Shown: positions 35,983 to 49,890 of the stretch, in pieces
Layout: every line of letters begins with the position of its first letter
How positions within the stretch are numbered: position 1 is the stretch's first letter
Assembly: GCF_018977255.1 (NCBI RefSeq)
Contig: NW_024704742.1
Coordinates: 25,856,001 to 25,920,000, forward strand
Direction of reading: 5' to 3'
DNA: 64,000 nucleotides
Source of the DNA: Callorhinchus milii
Taxonomy: Eukaryota
Program-made: the position numbers and the translations under genes
Notes under the pieces: generated by a model
What the model was told of the DNA's origin: nothing
Seen by the model: the letters and a program-made list of their open reading frames with translations, nothing else
The model's database searches: none

Positions 35983-38038
35983 AACCTCTGAGACAGATGG
36001 GCTGAAAAGAAAGCAAATGGCAATATTTATCTTTCTCATCACAGATGTTGACGGGCTGGGGTGATGTATGTCTGTCTGTCTGTCTGTCTGTGTGTGTGTG
36101 TGTCTGTGTCTGTCCCTTCTTTCATCCTTTTTTTTTGTGCTGTTGTTGTGGGTGTGATCCAGGATACAGAGGGAGATGTCACCATCTCTTTTACACCCCA
36201 ACTTTGCAATAAAATGTTAGCAATATCAACTTTGAACATGAGCGTTTGCGATTTATAAACCCATATCTGATGGATAACACCCCTCTCCATCCCCTTTGCA
36301 ATTGCACTGTATTTATCTCTCTGCATTGTAATACCCCATAACTTTTCTTTGATGTGGTGTTGTCAGACTTCCAACATTCATTAAATCCACAGGTGGCAAA
36401 CGTAGCATTATCTCTCTTTTAAAAATAAAGCAACCCCGAAAAACTACGTTGACTTCATATCAAAGTAGCTAAACTTGTTCAGGGGCACATTTTTTTATGT
36501 TTGCTATCCAAGGCAGTGAAGATAGGTCTTTTCAGGTCAACAACTGTTTATTCTAACCCATTTTAATACAATGTAAAGATTGTGCAATTTGTTAGATGAT
36601 ATGCAGACATTTCTATGTGTGTATCCTTCCTTTCAGTAGTTTTGTTCCATACTTTGTCTCAAAAAGAAGGGATGTTGGCCCTTGAATTGAACAGCCTGGT
36701 CTATATTTCTAACTGACATTTACTCTGCAATTGAATACTGTGTCTCTGGGTAATGACATGATTAAGCAACATGTTGCTTGACTCTTTATTGTAATAAAAC
36801 TATAATAATGGTACCCATCGTTACCCATCAAACTGTTTTCATTTTTTATTTTAAGAACCATAAAAGTGTAAGATATAAGACACATGAAGAGCTTTTTCCA
36901 GACTGACGCCTGTGAACATGCATCATCATATGTATGACTGTTCAAAAGTTGCCTGATTAGACTTATTTCAACAGATTACATGTAACATAGTTTCTGCTAC
37001 TATGACAATGATGTAGGTAGGGAGATTGCTCTGTTGGGTGACATCTGTGTAGGGCATTTATCAATGTGGATAAACGCTCCCCTCACATTTCATGAATTTT
37101 CACTTTGAAAACATATTTCATGTTTTAAAATTGCATTAGTTCGTTTTTACCACACAAACATAATGCAGTTATGGAGGAGAACAATCATTTAGGTATTAAT
37201 GGTTATAATAGTCTCTAGGGTTATTTGAAAAATATTTTTTCTTGGGAAGATTTCTAATAAGTTAAACTACAAGAAAAGCAATTTTGCATCTGCTTGTATC
37301 CTCCTTCCCCTCAAGTGATTCAATTCTGAGTTGAGTATTGACCAAATGCTGATAATGAATTCCAATAATACTGTATAGTGATGGCTTGCAGTCCAAAACG
37401 TATCTGATAACATACACCCTTATGTCTGATGCAGCACTGGGCGCATTATTAGTATGTTGTACTGCACTGGTTTGCTCCTTTAAGAAACAGGTAAAATGAT
37501 AGCTGCAAGTAAAATTTAAATAAGTTCCCTAATCAAAGAGGGAGAGGGGAGAATGATGAACTTCAATATAATGGTCATTATTAAACATTAACAATATTTT
37601 TAATTCAAAGAATAGCATTATGTAACTATTTTACTGACGCATGTAAGCACTGCAAACAATATGCATGTTTCGCTTCAGAAAGTCATAAATCTGGATAAGA
37701 TTGAGTTTCCTTTTCAATTACCATCATATTACATTTATGAAAGATTCCTTTAATGAAGGAATTATCAGTGTTTAATATGAATAATAAGCCTAGCGCATTT
37801 TTTGAATGACTCGATTTAACTAAATTTATGAACGATAGAGATTTTACTTGATACATGGCTGATAACGGAGCTTGTTAATCATGATCAATGAAGAAATAAT
37901 TTGAATCTTCTGGAATATAAAAGGAATTTATAATGTAGATTTAGTTTTCTTTAGGAAAATAAAGACCGTTGTTTGCATTTTAAAAAAGCAAGCAATGTAT
38001 TTAGCAGAGTTCATTGTGAATATGAAGACAGTGGAGTC

Positions 38039-38351
38039 GTGGAGTCCTGTAGCTCAGTGGTTAGAGCATTCGCTTTGCAAGCGAGAGACCTGAGTTCAAT
38101 TCCAGGCAGAGGGCGAAACCTTGGGCAAGTTTCCTTACTCCACACAGAGCCTAATAATAATCCCTCCAAAACAATAATAAATTGGTCATTTTCAATCTAC
38201 GACTGTTTGTGGGACATTGCTGTGCACAATTGGCTGCCGCGTTCGCCCACAAATATACAGTCAATTCACTTTACAGTGTGTTCTGTGAAGCGCTTTGGGA
38301 CGTCCTCCCGACGTGAAAAGCGCTATATCAAATGCAAGGATTATTATTATT
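38039..38351 (+). mobile_element. tRNA-Ala-derived SINE, short young form
   Basis: Full head, body and (ATT)n tail. Confidence 0.93.
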
Positions 38352-39164
38352 GTGGAGATCATTTTGGATAATGGAAGGCTGCTGAAGAGGTTCTGTTATT
38401 TGTTCCTTTTGAGTTGGTTAGATTTGATTGTCTTGAAATGTACCCAAAGCTACTTCCATATCTGAGGCATTAGTGTCCATAATTAGAGAGGTGATTATTG
38501 TGATGATTTGCAGGCATTGTGGACTCATGTTCATGGGTCACCAATATATATTGTTATCAGTGGTGTGTGGAGTATCAGGAATCTTGTCATGGCTCCTTTT
38601 GTCATTGTGTAGACTGACTAAGGCAAATCCAATTTATATAGAAATGGAAGGTGATGGTTATTTTTCTAAGCTACATTAAAATCAATCGATGCTGCTAATA
38701 AGAGTATTATGAAGCGGATTGTTTATACTGGCAATGCAATTAAGAGAGCTTTAGTCATTGGCAAGCAGCTTCGAAATGTATCTTTACCATTCTAAGGAAT
38801 AGAAACTTTCAGAAATCCTGGCATGACTTCCCTTGGGCCGTGGCACTGTAACTAGCTTTCAGAAAATTATTCAGCTTTTGAAATTGGACCCATGAATTCT
38901 ACACAGATTGAGCTGCTTAATACTGTAACAGATTGGATGGTCACCACATCAATCAGGACTGTGACTGGTGTTACTTTCTTCCTGTTTAAATTACAAACTG
39001 CAGAAAATCTAATCAGGTCTGGGTGCCCACTTGAGTCAGGCACTGGAAGATGACTGGTGTAGGGTGAGACTGTACTCCACCACAATTGATGTCTTCAGGG
39101 AAGCAAAAGGGGAAACCCTTGGAAAAATGAACACTGGTGATGATTAGCTTACCTGTAGCAATAA

Positions 39165-39520
39165 AATAATAATAATCCTTGCATTTGATGTAGTGCTTTA
39201 TCTTGTTGTTGAGATATCCCAATGTCCTTCGAGAATATATTGTAAAGTTGATTGTTGCATATTTTGTGGGCAAAACCTGGCAGCCAATTGCACGCAGCAG
39301 TGTCCTACAAACAGTTGTGGAATGAGTGACCAATTTTTTTTTAGGGATTATTACCCCCGGAAAGCGATCTGCAATCGACTAATAACTGGGTCCCTACTTA
39401 TTTCTAGGTAAACAGAGGCATGTGGAGTAAGGAAACTTGCCTAAGGTTTCATCCAGCTTGGGAATCAAACCCAGCTTCTCTCTCTTGTAGGCGAACATGG
39501 TAACCTCTGTGCTACGGGGC
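39165..39520 (-). mobile_element. tRNA-derived SINE, long older form
   Basis: Same head and tail as the short form plus an internal segment; more diverged. Confidence 0.85.
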
Positions 39521-39804
39521 TGAACAAATAGCAATGGTATGACTGCTCACAGAAGAAGCAGATTTAGAAATGTCTGAAGACAATTCATTAGCTTTCAGAC
39601 GACCATTGACTATTGACAAAGTAGGTTTGTGAATGTTGCAGCAGTCCCCTGCCTCTGGGACACTATCCTATGTGAGGGGCACTATATAAATGCAAGTTGT
39701 TGTTGTAATGTTTGATATTTAATTGGACAATAACAGCCTGTATTTACGTAGTGCCCTTCATGTAGAGACCATCTTGGGGCGCTTTCCAGTTTACACTTTA
39801 CCCT

Positions 39805-40192
39805 ATAATAATCATCCTTGTATTTGATATGTCACCTTATCACATCTTCGAGACGTCTCAAAGTGCTTCACAGAATATACTGTAGAGTGAATTGGTTGTA
39901 TATTTTGTGGGCGAAATGCGACAGCCAATTGAGCACAGCAGTGGTCCCACAAACAGTTGTGGATTGAGTGACCAAATTGTTATTGATTTTCATTATTATT
40001 ATTTTGAAGGGATTATTACCCCCGGAAAAGCCAACTGCCAATCGCCTTTGGACCGGGTTCCTACTTACTGCTAGGTAAACAAAGGCATGTGGAGTAAGGA
40101 AACTTGCCCAACATTTTGCCCCGCCCGGGAATCAAATCCAGGTCTTCTCCCTTGTGAGGCGAGTGCTCCAACCACTGAGCTACAGGCTCCAC
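39805..40192 (-). mobile_element. tRNA-derived SINE, long older form
   Basis: Head GTGGAGCCTGTAGCTCAGTGG and internal TTTGTTTACCTAGCAGTAAGTAGGAACCCGG segment. Confidence 0.9.
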
Positions 40193-40867
40193 TAGTGGCA
40201 GGAACAGATGCCAAGCAGGAGGGAGTGGTGACCAGACGTATTTTGAAAGGCTTTTATAGCTATAGAAACTTGTTTGTGACGTATGCAAGATGACAATAAA
40301 GGTGATTTGATCACATCTCCTGCATGCCCTCTGAATCTATGACTGTCCAATTAAGACAGTTTTCTTGTCAGCATTATGACATATAAATGTCACTGGTCTT
40401 TCAGACTAGATCAGCATTTTCACAAGACATGTGGAACAACATTACCAACAAGCTTCAGAAGATGTCAGATGGACACATTATTCAGATTGTCAGAAAAGGT
40501 GAAGTTTCTGTTTGTCATGAATGATCAAACATGGGCATCAAAGCAAAAGGTTTTCGTTGTAATTCTAATTTCAATGGTCCACCCAACCTTTCCACCTTTT
40601 TTAGGTTGTTACACTGAGTACCACATCTAAATTTAACTGGGACTTCCCTGGGGTTGAACTGGCTTTGAGGACACATGCCTGGTAATACTAGGTTGGCCCA
40701 TAGTAATTCAAGATTTTCCAGTCTATTCGGCTCATCGATGATAATTGGAGATGTAGACATGCAAACCAAAGATGGTCCTAGCTTTCGTATTAGTGTGTTG
40801 AAATTACCTTTGTACTCAGATTTGTACACTTTACACAATTATACTCACCCATCTTATTGTACCCTGC

Positions 40868-41320
40868 AATAATAATAGTATTAATCCTTATATTTGATTT
40901 AGAGCCTTTCATACTAGGAAGATGTCTCAAAGTGCTTCACAAGATTTACTGTAAAGTGCGGTGACTGTGTGTTTTGTAGGCAAGTGGAGCAGCTCAATTT
41001 TCATAGAGCAATGTCCCACAAACAGCCGTGAATGACCAATTTTATTTAGGGGATTGTTGGCAAGGACACTTGGAAAAGCTCCCTTTCTTTTTAAATAGTG
41101 GAATGGCATCTTTATTTTGCACGTGAACAGGTAGGCAGAACCTTGGTTTAATGTCTCATATAAATGACGGCACCTTTTACAGCCCAGCATACCCCCAGCA
41201 CTGCATTGGAGTATCAGCCTGGAACTAGACTATCTGTGTTCAAAGTCCAGATGTGGGAAGTTGAACCCACATCTTTCTGACTTCGAGGTGAGAGTGCTAT
41301 CAACTGATCCAGCCTGACAC
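40868..41320 (-). mobile_element. Deu-domain-type SINE, full length, decayed
   Basis: Head, GAGACATTAAACCAAGG body and common 3' module on the minus strand. Confidence 0.8.
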
Positions 41321-41700
41321 ACGGTACCCCAAACAGCATTTCTACTCAGCCAGTATTGTTGTATAAGTACTGTTCTTTAATGTAGCAACCTTAATGTGAA
41401 ATCCAGTTGTGCTTATGTGTACCCATCTGTATGTAACATGGAGGTCAAGTTAAAGGCATCTCTTAATTAAGCAATTAAAAAATGAATTAAGAACTCCAAT
41501 AATTAAGAAATCTGTTAAGAAATACTGCAAAATTGACCCATAGATTATTTTGCCCTCTTTGGCAGTGGATGTAAGCAATGTCTCTGATAGTTGTTGCATG
41601 GTGATTACAATACGTACGTTGAAGAGGGACATGCAAGCAATTAGCTCCAGGCTCTGTCAATACTACTGTGTAACTGCCTTTGAGTGATCTTGGTGTGATC

Positions 41701-42004
41701 GTGGAGTCCTGTAGCTCAATGGTTAGAGCACTCGCTTTGCAAGCAAGAGACCTGAGTTCAATTCCAGGCAGGGCGAAACCTTGGGCAAGTTTCCTTACTC
41801 CACACGCTTAATAATAATCCCTCCAAAAACCAAAAACAATAATAAATTGGTCATTTTCAATCTACGACTGTTTGTGGGACACTGCTGTGCGCAATTAGCT
41901 GCCGCTTTCGCCCACAAATATACAGTCAATTCACTTTACAGTGTGTTCTGTGAAGTGCTTTGGGATGTCCTCTCGACGTGAAAAGCGCTATATCAAATGC
42001 AAGG

Positions 42005-42063
<59 letters not shown>
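41701..42063 (+). mobile_element. tRNA-Ala-derived SINE, short young form, with expanded (ATT)n tail
   Basis: Full head; pure ATT tail of about 60 bp. Confidence 0.93.
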
Positions 42064-42401
42064 CTGTGTCCATTTCCCTCATGTGAGGAAAAGGAGAGCC
42101 TTGCATAGAATGTTTGTATTCCCCATGCAACAAATGTTTTGTTATTTTACTTCATTATGCTCATTACCTATTATACACAATTTTGGTGCAAAATGTGGAA
42201 GGTTGCGTGGAATAATTGAGACCATGGTATGTGTGTGTGTGGAAGGGGAGGTGAGGGTTGGGGGGGGAAGAAATTGTAGATTCTTTTCACTCTCCATGGG
42301 CATTCCTAAAAGATTTTGAAAATTTTGATGACCATTTTGTTTCAGGGTATCTGGTTTACTCTGTAGTGTTTTATTGGGCGGAGAGAAATTTAATAGACAG
42401 T

Positions 42402-43274
42402 TTACAGTCTGTCAGACATCATGTCCTGGAGGAAAGCTAGCTTTCTCCAGTTGAATGACAACAAGACCGAGGCTTTCCTGATTGCCTCCCGTCAGCATCT
42501 CCACACTTCAGGCCCTGGCAGGATCACCATCTGTAGATGTACACTCCACCTCACTGAGCCAGTCCGGAACTTCGGGGTCTTGTTTGACCCTCAACTATCC
42601 TTTCTACGCCACATCTGTGCCATGACCCGCTCTGCCTTCCCCCACCTCCACAACATTGTCTGGCTCCGCCACTTCCTCACCCCTCTGGCTGCCGAAACCC
42701 TCATCCACACATTTATTACATCCAACTCAACTATGCCAACTCCTTGCTTGCCGGCCTTCTCAACTCTTTCCTCCACAAGCTGTAGATCATCCGGAACTCT
42801 GCAGCTCATGTCCTCTCGCGCACCAACCTCAGTGGTCCTATCACCCCATCCTCGCCTGGCTCCACTGACTTCCCCATTCCCCAGAGAATAAAATTCAAAA
42901 TCCTCATCCTCACCTTATCCTTCCTACCTTTGTGACCTACTAACACCATATCAACCTGTATGCTCCCTCTGCTCAGCAGGTCTGCTAGCCATCTCCCGCC
43001 CGGCCTGCCCCACCATTGGTAGTTGGGCCTTCAGGATCTCTGCCCCCACCCTTTGCAACTCCATACCACAGTCCCTTCACCTCGCTTCCTCCCTTGCCTC
43101 CTTCAAGGCAGGTCTCAAGAACCTACTCTTCGAATGTGCTTTCAGTCACCCTCCTACCCCTACCCTCCCTGCTTTTCACCCCTTCTGATCCCAATCCCCC
43201 TGGGACTGTCCAACGCCTTGGGATATCCTCCCAACGTGAAAGGCACTATAGAAATGTAATTTGTTGTTGTTGTT
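42402..43274 (+). mobile_element. L2-clade LINE, 5'-truncated
   Basis: SFLQLNDNKTEAFLI, VRNFGVLFDPQLSF and AAETLIHTFI motifs; tail ending (TTG)n. Confidence 0.92.
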
Positions 43275-43759
43275 GATAGGATGAGAAGTGGTGGTATTAC
43301 AGAAACAAATGGACAGAAGCAAAGTATTACAGAAACAAAGTTAACCTCCTTCGCTGCCTCACCCCCACCATACCATACTCACACTCACACATCAAACACA
43401 AACAGCAGAGAGAAAATAAATTAACAAGCGTAATGAAGAAACAAAAGCAAACAGATTGAGAAGAGAAGGAAGCTGAGAGAAAACTGTAAGAAGCAAATAT
43501 TATAATTTACACAACGTGTGCAAGTGATTACACTCAGTGGGGTTTATGGTCCGGCTTAGAATTATTTATTTAAAGCCAACCACCTTGATATGTACCCTAT
43601 TTGTTTTAATGTTTCCAAAATACAAAAGGAAATCTTATGATCTATGAATCTATAGGAAAGAATAAATTTGAGGGGTATAATAATCCTATGAATCTATGAA
43701 TCTATAGGAAAGAATAAATTTGAGGGATATAATAATCCTTATATTATATTTATGGAGAA

Positions 43760-44110
43760 AACAACAACAACTTGTCTCAGAGCGCTTAACAGTGGCAGAG
43801 CCTGACTCTGAGGTAGGGTGGGTGGTGGCCTTAAGCACAGTTGAAGAGGAAGTTCAGGCGGGACTTGAAAAAGGGGAGAGTGAGGGCAAGGTGGAGGTAT
43901 TGAGGGGTCCAGAGTTTTGGAGCGTAGTGGTTGAAAGCGCGACCTCCGATGGTGGAGTGGAGGGTACAAGGGACGGGTGGAGGCGCCGGGTGGTGGATTG
44001 GGGAATGAGGAGGTCGGAGAGGTAGGGACGTGCCAGAGAGTGAAGGGATTTGAACACTTGTGAGGATCTTGCAGTCGATCCTTTCGGTGATGGGGAGCCA
44101 GTGGATCCTG
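43760..44110 (-). mobile_element. L2 3' fragment
   Basis: VFKSLHSLARPYLSDLL on the minus strand plus tail. Confidence 0.8.
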
Positions 44111-46014
44111 GAGTTTGGTCCGGGTCAGTATCCGGGCGGCAGAGTTCTGAATGAGTTGGATCTTTTGAACAGTGGAGCTGGGGAGACCGGTAAGGAGTGT
44201 GTTTGAGTAATCGTTTTGAGAAAAAGATGGGATATGGCACTACAGATAGGATCTAGGGACAGGCACTCATGTGGAGTATAAACACCTATTTTTGAGCTCT
44301 ACTCTTCTGTGAATTTATAAATCCATACATTTGCACATTAGGATGACACCACCAATCATGCAAGGTGAAGGGAGTTTAGGAATATTTCATGCAACTGATA
44401 TCAGAGTTTTTGTGAGGATTTTGGTCACCCTTTTGTTCTTTAGGATCTGGTTTACTGTAGTACCTCATTGGGTGGAGAGAAATATAATAGACAAGTGATA
44501 GGATGAGATGTGGTGGTATTAGAGAAACAAATGAACAGACAGCTTCCTTGCTCCTCAGCATCAGGCTCCGCCACTGTTAAGCGCTCCGAGACGTTGCCCC
44601 GTATGAAGAACACTATATAATCGCAAGTTGTTCTTGTGTGAAGTCAATTTTGCATGCTCAGCCCTGTTCCCAGTCTGATACCTCAAAGTCCAGCTCCTGC
44701 CTCTCTTAGCCCTGCTTCTGACTGTACTCCCAGCCAGGCCAATACATTCAGAGCTGCTTTCAGTCTGATCCAGAATGAATTTTACCATTTTGCCATAATG
44801 TTAATTTTGTTTGTTGCAGATGTACCAAAGCTATATTAATGGTCGAAGTAACCAGAAGTTGTAGAATTAGTTACAGCTGATTTTGAAGTCCACTCTCCAA
44901 CAACAGCAACTTGAATTTATACAGCATCCTTCATGTAGGGTAGCATCTCGGACCACTACACAAAGGCGGGCTTTGATGCCAAGCAAGGGAGAAGGACGAG
45001 GGAAGGTGACCATAGTTGTGGTCGTGTTTTGTTCATTTGTTCATTTTTTGTTCATTTGTCCCATACTGCGTTTAACTAACTGTTTGTTCTGCACGACCAT
45101 ATAATGTTTTTAAAGTATATCCATTTAACTTTCACAGATTTATTCTGCAGTAGCACCTCAATGTGTTATTAAGGTTTAAGCACTCAAAGATTATCCCATG
45201 AGAAAGGAACTATATTAAAGCAAGTTGTTGTAGGGTTAGCTCCTCTCTTCCGTACATTTTCCTGTCTGAAGCTAATTTCAGGGAAATCCATTAGAACCAG
45301 GAATTGTGCTAAACTGTGTCATTTTGACGCTTCTTCCAAAGAGATTGAAAGTCCAAATTAAGTTTATTAGTGTCTCTGCGATGTAAAGGCTTCACAATTA
45401 CCTATGCTTTGGCAACAGTCTCGAGAATTATAAAGACATATAAAAATGCTGAATGTTAAAAAAGCACAGTATTTATCATATTATAGAGTATTGAAAAATA
45501 CCATTCAAAATGCCATGACATTTTGTGCTTGAGGGGAAGAAATTTTGTGCTGAAGGGAAGAAACTGAGACACACAAAGACATACAAAGAATGTGCAACAG
45601 TGTAGAATGTCAATGGTGTATAATTGACGTATAATATAGAGCGATAGTTAAAATATTGTCATTGTCTCATACTGTGGGGAATAAGCTCTCACGTCTATCT
45701 CATATTGTGTCACATAATTCTAGGAATAAAGTGAAAAGAAATCCAATTTAAATAAACATCAGTATTCAGTCCGAACGGGAAAAAAAAACTCAGATAAATA
45801 AACAAAGGAAAAGAGGCAAATAAGATGTTATAAAATGAGTTATTAGCGTTAGGGTTTATATAGCTTTCTGTATTAAAGATTAAATTGTATTTTTATTATT
45901 GCTTTTTACTCCTTGTTTCATTCATTTATTCACTAAGGAGGGAACAGAGACTCAATATAAGGTATTGCATTAGAAGATAATGGCATCTTGGAGTGTTTCA
46001 GTGTTTTAATTTAG

Positions 46015-46180
46015 CCTCCTTAGCCTTAGCCTCCTTCAAGTCCCGCCTCAAGACTATCCTCCCTTCCCCGCCAACCCCGCCCCAACCCCTGCTCGGGACT
46101 GAAATGCTATGCACTGTCCAGCGCCTTGGGACGTCCTCCCAACGTGAAAGGCGCTATACAAATGTAATCTTGTTGTTGTT
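46015..46180 (+). mobile_element. L2 3' terminal fragment
   Basis: SFKSRLKT motif and intact stem-loop tail. Confidence 0.8.
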
Positions 46181-47709
46181 TAATACAAGGCATTTTGGCA
46201 ATTACGGTCACCTCCCCTTTCTACACAGCTCAGCATCAGACTCCACCATTGTTCAGCCCTCCAGGGTCTACCCAGCATGATGGCCGCTATATAAATGCAA
46301 GTTGTTGCTGTATTGACTGCTGGTTTAATTCATTTTCTGTCCCTTTACTCTTATGCTATTTTATGCCTTGATTCAGCTGCATCTTTTTCTTACAAAACAT
46401 ATTTATCAAAAGCTGGGCTTTTACTGAATGCAACGCCCAAACTTCTTTCAAAATGTAATCACGTGCATGATCTCTTCAGAATCGGCTTTGAGGGCATTTT
46501 TCAAGTAAACTGATTAAGTGAAGGTGCTAAGAATAGCAAAACAGACTCATTTGCAGCCATTAAATAATTGTAATTTTATGAACATTACATAGAACGTGAC
46601 AACACAGAAAAAGGACACTTGGCCCAAATAGTCCATCCCAGTGTTTGTACTCCATATGAGCCTCCACCTCTCCTAATCACAGTATTAATGGTATTTGATG
46701 CAGACAAGATTCATTGTACGTTTGTTAAATCCTGCTTCATGACTTGAAGGAGGAAATATTTAATATTACACGAATGGATAATGAGTATTACAGCATTCTT
46801 GACTATATTTATTTTCATTGTAACCAATGAATTTATTGGATTGCGCAAGATTATTTCCTAAAGTAACATTAAAAACATTAGTAGAAGAAACTGCACAAGA
46901 GACAAGTTTCTTCAAACAACTTCATCAATCATTCAGCGTAGTATTGTAGTGCAATGTTTTTGTTTTGTATAGTAGTTTACTTTTGTTTTCCAGAATATTG
47001 TGAAATTCTCAAAATTCAGCTGCCCTATAACTTTAGTCTTTTAAGAATATTGCCCATTTTGGTAACATCTGTGTCTTATTCCTGACTTTTCACACTGCAT
47101 TCGGTCTACTGGGTCTACAAGTAATGGTAAACAAGTGTCTAAGTGTGGTGTGTAACATGCATAGAGGGCCACAAGGTAAGATGAATCCAATTACATGAGA
47201 GCACAATATCCTCAGAAAATAAGTATTTATTGTATTAGTATCATCAGACCAAGAAACAGATGACTAATAAGAGAGGCAGAGAACTGTGTTCTTAACAACA
47301 GATTGTTTCAAAACATCTAACCATACTTGAAGACAATTCCAAAAATATGCAATGGAAAAAAGGGGGTAGGTCCACAGTTAGATGATTGAATATGACCTGC
47401 AATTTGAAGAAGGTTCCTTGCAGTTTCCTTCAATTAATTTAGGGGACAACAAAAAATTGTACACCAAAAATATACTGTAAAGTCAATTGACTGTATATTT
47501 TGTGGAGAAAACTGTATGGAAGTTAAACTTTATGGAAATAATCTACTAAATGACAGCCAACACAGTTTCAAATATGGTGGATCCCACCAACGTCAGAGTC
47601 TCTTTGACAAGGTGACATATTTCAATTTCACTGTGGGAGGCAACAAGAAATAATTGAGATTGAAAATTATTTAATCCAACCAAACACAGGGAGTGCATAT
47701 TTCATGCTT

Positions 47710-48033
47710 TGGAGTTCTGTAGCTTAGTGGTTAGAGCACTCGCCTTGCAAGCGAAACACCTGGGTTCAATTCCAAGTTGGGCGAAACCTTGGGCAAGTTT
47801 CCTTACTCCACACGCCTAATAATAATCCCTCCAAAAACAAAAACAATAATAAAATTGGTCATTTTCAATCTACGACTGATTGTGGGACACTGCTGTGCGC
47901 AATGGGCTGCCACGTTTCACCCACAAATATTCGGTCAATTCAATTTACAGCATATTCTGTGAAGCACTTTGAGATGTCTAGAAGACGTGAAAAGCTCTAT
48001 ATCAAATGCAAGGATTATTATTATTATTATTAT
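47710..48033 (+). mobile_element. tRNA-Ala-derived SINE, short form
   Basis: Head, body and (ATT)n tail. Confidence 0.9.
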
Positions 48034-48824
48034 ACTTGTTCACAAGACAATGGCCTTAAAATAATTTTAAAAGTAAGATTTTAAAGTTAAAAAGACATTC
48101 TAACAACAGGGAATTCAAGATTAAAAAAATCGGTCTTAAGTTAGGAACCTGTTTTTCACAGTTCTTACAAAAAAGCCCTGCCTTCCAAAGTAAAGGTGAA
48201 CCTGACACAAATTAATCTTACAAACTAAATTTAGGGAGATTTTCTGGCCTCAGGCTTTTTGTGGAAGTTTCGATGTTTCTCAAATGCTTTCATTTTTGAA
48301 TCAGCTCAGTGGAGTCATGTTATTCCTGGAAATTGTATTAGAAATCATTTCCAGTAGATTACTGAGAATTCTATACACAGTATAATTGATTTATTCTGTG
48401 AGCAAGGAACAGGAAATAGTTTTAAATTAACAAGCCTCAAGTGAGCCAAGAGATTATACGAAACATTTTTTCAGCCTCAGAGTGGTAGGTATGTGGAACG
48501 GAATTATCTTCAAAAGAAGATGATGCTTTGTCGAAAATAAGTAGATAACAGTTTGGTTGGGCACAGGATTGAATCATATAGCAATATACAAGACTGGAAA
48601 ACATAATTGAGAAGCATCTAGTATATATAGATATATATATAAAAACAAATATTTCTCCATATATCTCAAGAGATTTCTTTTCCAAACGGTATCTAATTCC
48701 CTCCAGAATTTACTGATACGATCTACCTGCACAACCTCTCTGGGTCCTTTATTCGTAGTCTTGTATATATAAACACTGGGATGGATTATTTGGGCCAAGT
48801 GTCCTGTTTCTTTGCTGTCTAACC

Positions 48825-49197
48825 AGCTTAGTGATAGAACATTCGTCTCCCAAGCGAGAGGACCTGGGTTCGATTCCCAGCAGGGCGAAATGTTGGGGAA
48901 GTTTCCTTACTCCACGCTTCTGTTTACCCATCAGTAAGTAAAAACTGGGTTGTTAGTCGATTGGCTGATTGCTTTTCCGGGGCGGGAGGGTTAATAATCC
49001 ATTCAAAAAAATTAAATAAAAATATAATAATAATAATAATTTGGTCACTCAATACACGACTACTGTGTACAATTGGCTGTTTGGCAAAACACAAAACATA
49101 GTCAAAAGATACACAAAACTTTACAGTATATACTTTCAGATGTCTCGAAGACATGAAAAGGTGCTACATCAAATGCACAGTTTGTTGTTATTATTAT
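48825..49197 (+). mobile_element. tRNA-derived SINE, long older form
   Basis: B box GGTTCGATTCCC, internal segment, decayed tail. Confidence 0.82.
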
Positions 49198-49317
49198 ATT
49201 CCACACACGAATCAGCCACTCTGTATAAAGTAGCATCATCTAGTCCAAAGGTTTAAAAATAAACCTTTTTACATTTTCTTTTCTGACAACCATTCTGCTT
49301 CCAATGAGCATTTAAGT

Positions 49318-49618
49318 CATTGCCTTCGTTCCTCCGGGTCTGGCCTCCTCCTCGTCCCCCGAGTCCTCCACTCCACCCTCGGCGGCCGTGCTTTCAGCCC
49401 CTATGCCCCAACGCTCTGGAACTGCCTTCCTCACTCCCTTTGTCTCGCTCCCTCCCTCCCCATTTTCAGGTCTCTGCTGAAGACCTTTCTTTTCGACGGC
49501 GCCTTTGGTCACCTTCCTCCCCCTCCCCCTGGCTCGGTCCCGGGATCCGTTACTGTAACGCACCGAGACACCGCCCGGCATGGGGGGCGCTATATGAATC
49601 CAAGTTGTTGTTGTTGTT
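49318..49618 (+). mobile_element. L2 3' fragment (same subfamily as 18220-18995)
   Basis: Close similarity to 18700-18995 including the tail. Confidence 0.88.
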
Positions 49619-49684
49619 AAGTCCTGCCAACGTGATAGGCGCTTTATAAATGCAATTTGTTGTTGTTAAGCATACACAATATGA

Positions 49685-49890
49685 CCAATTTAATCAGCCG
49701 TTTCTTCAAGTAAAAAAATATTTGCGCGCTCAATCCAAGACTGTTTATGGGACATTGGTGTACACAATTGGCTGCCACATTTTTCTCAAACATATACAGT
49801 GAATCCACCTTACAATACATTCTGTGAAGCACATTGAAACATCTCAACAACATGATAAGGCTCTATATCAAATGCAAGGATTATTATTAT
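49685..49890 (+). mobile_element. SINE 3' half
   Basis: Common 3' module and (ATT)n. Confidence 0.8.

Noticed and set aside
32843..36201. Long V/C/G-rich or H/T/P-rich ORFs around STK32B exon 1
   Set aside because: Produced by GT and CA low-complexity arrays.
42310..42350. ENFDDHF as possible STK32B exon 2
   Set aside because: No ILRAIGKGSFGK follows, and it lies in a locally duplicated non-coding segment.
43636..43740. Tandem duplication of about 52 bp; also an 80-bp diverged pair at about 29435 and 29878
   Set aside because: Ordinary small duplications with no functional signal.
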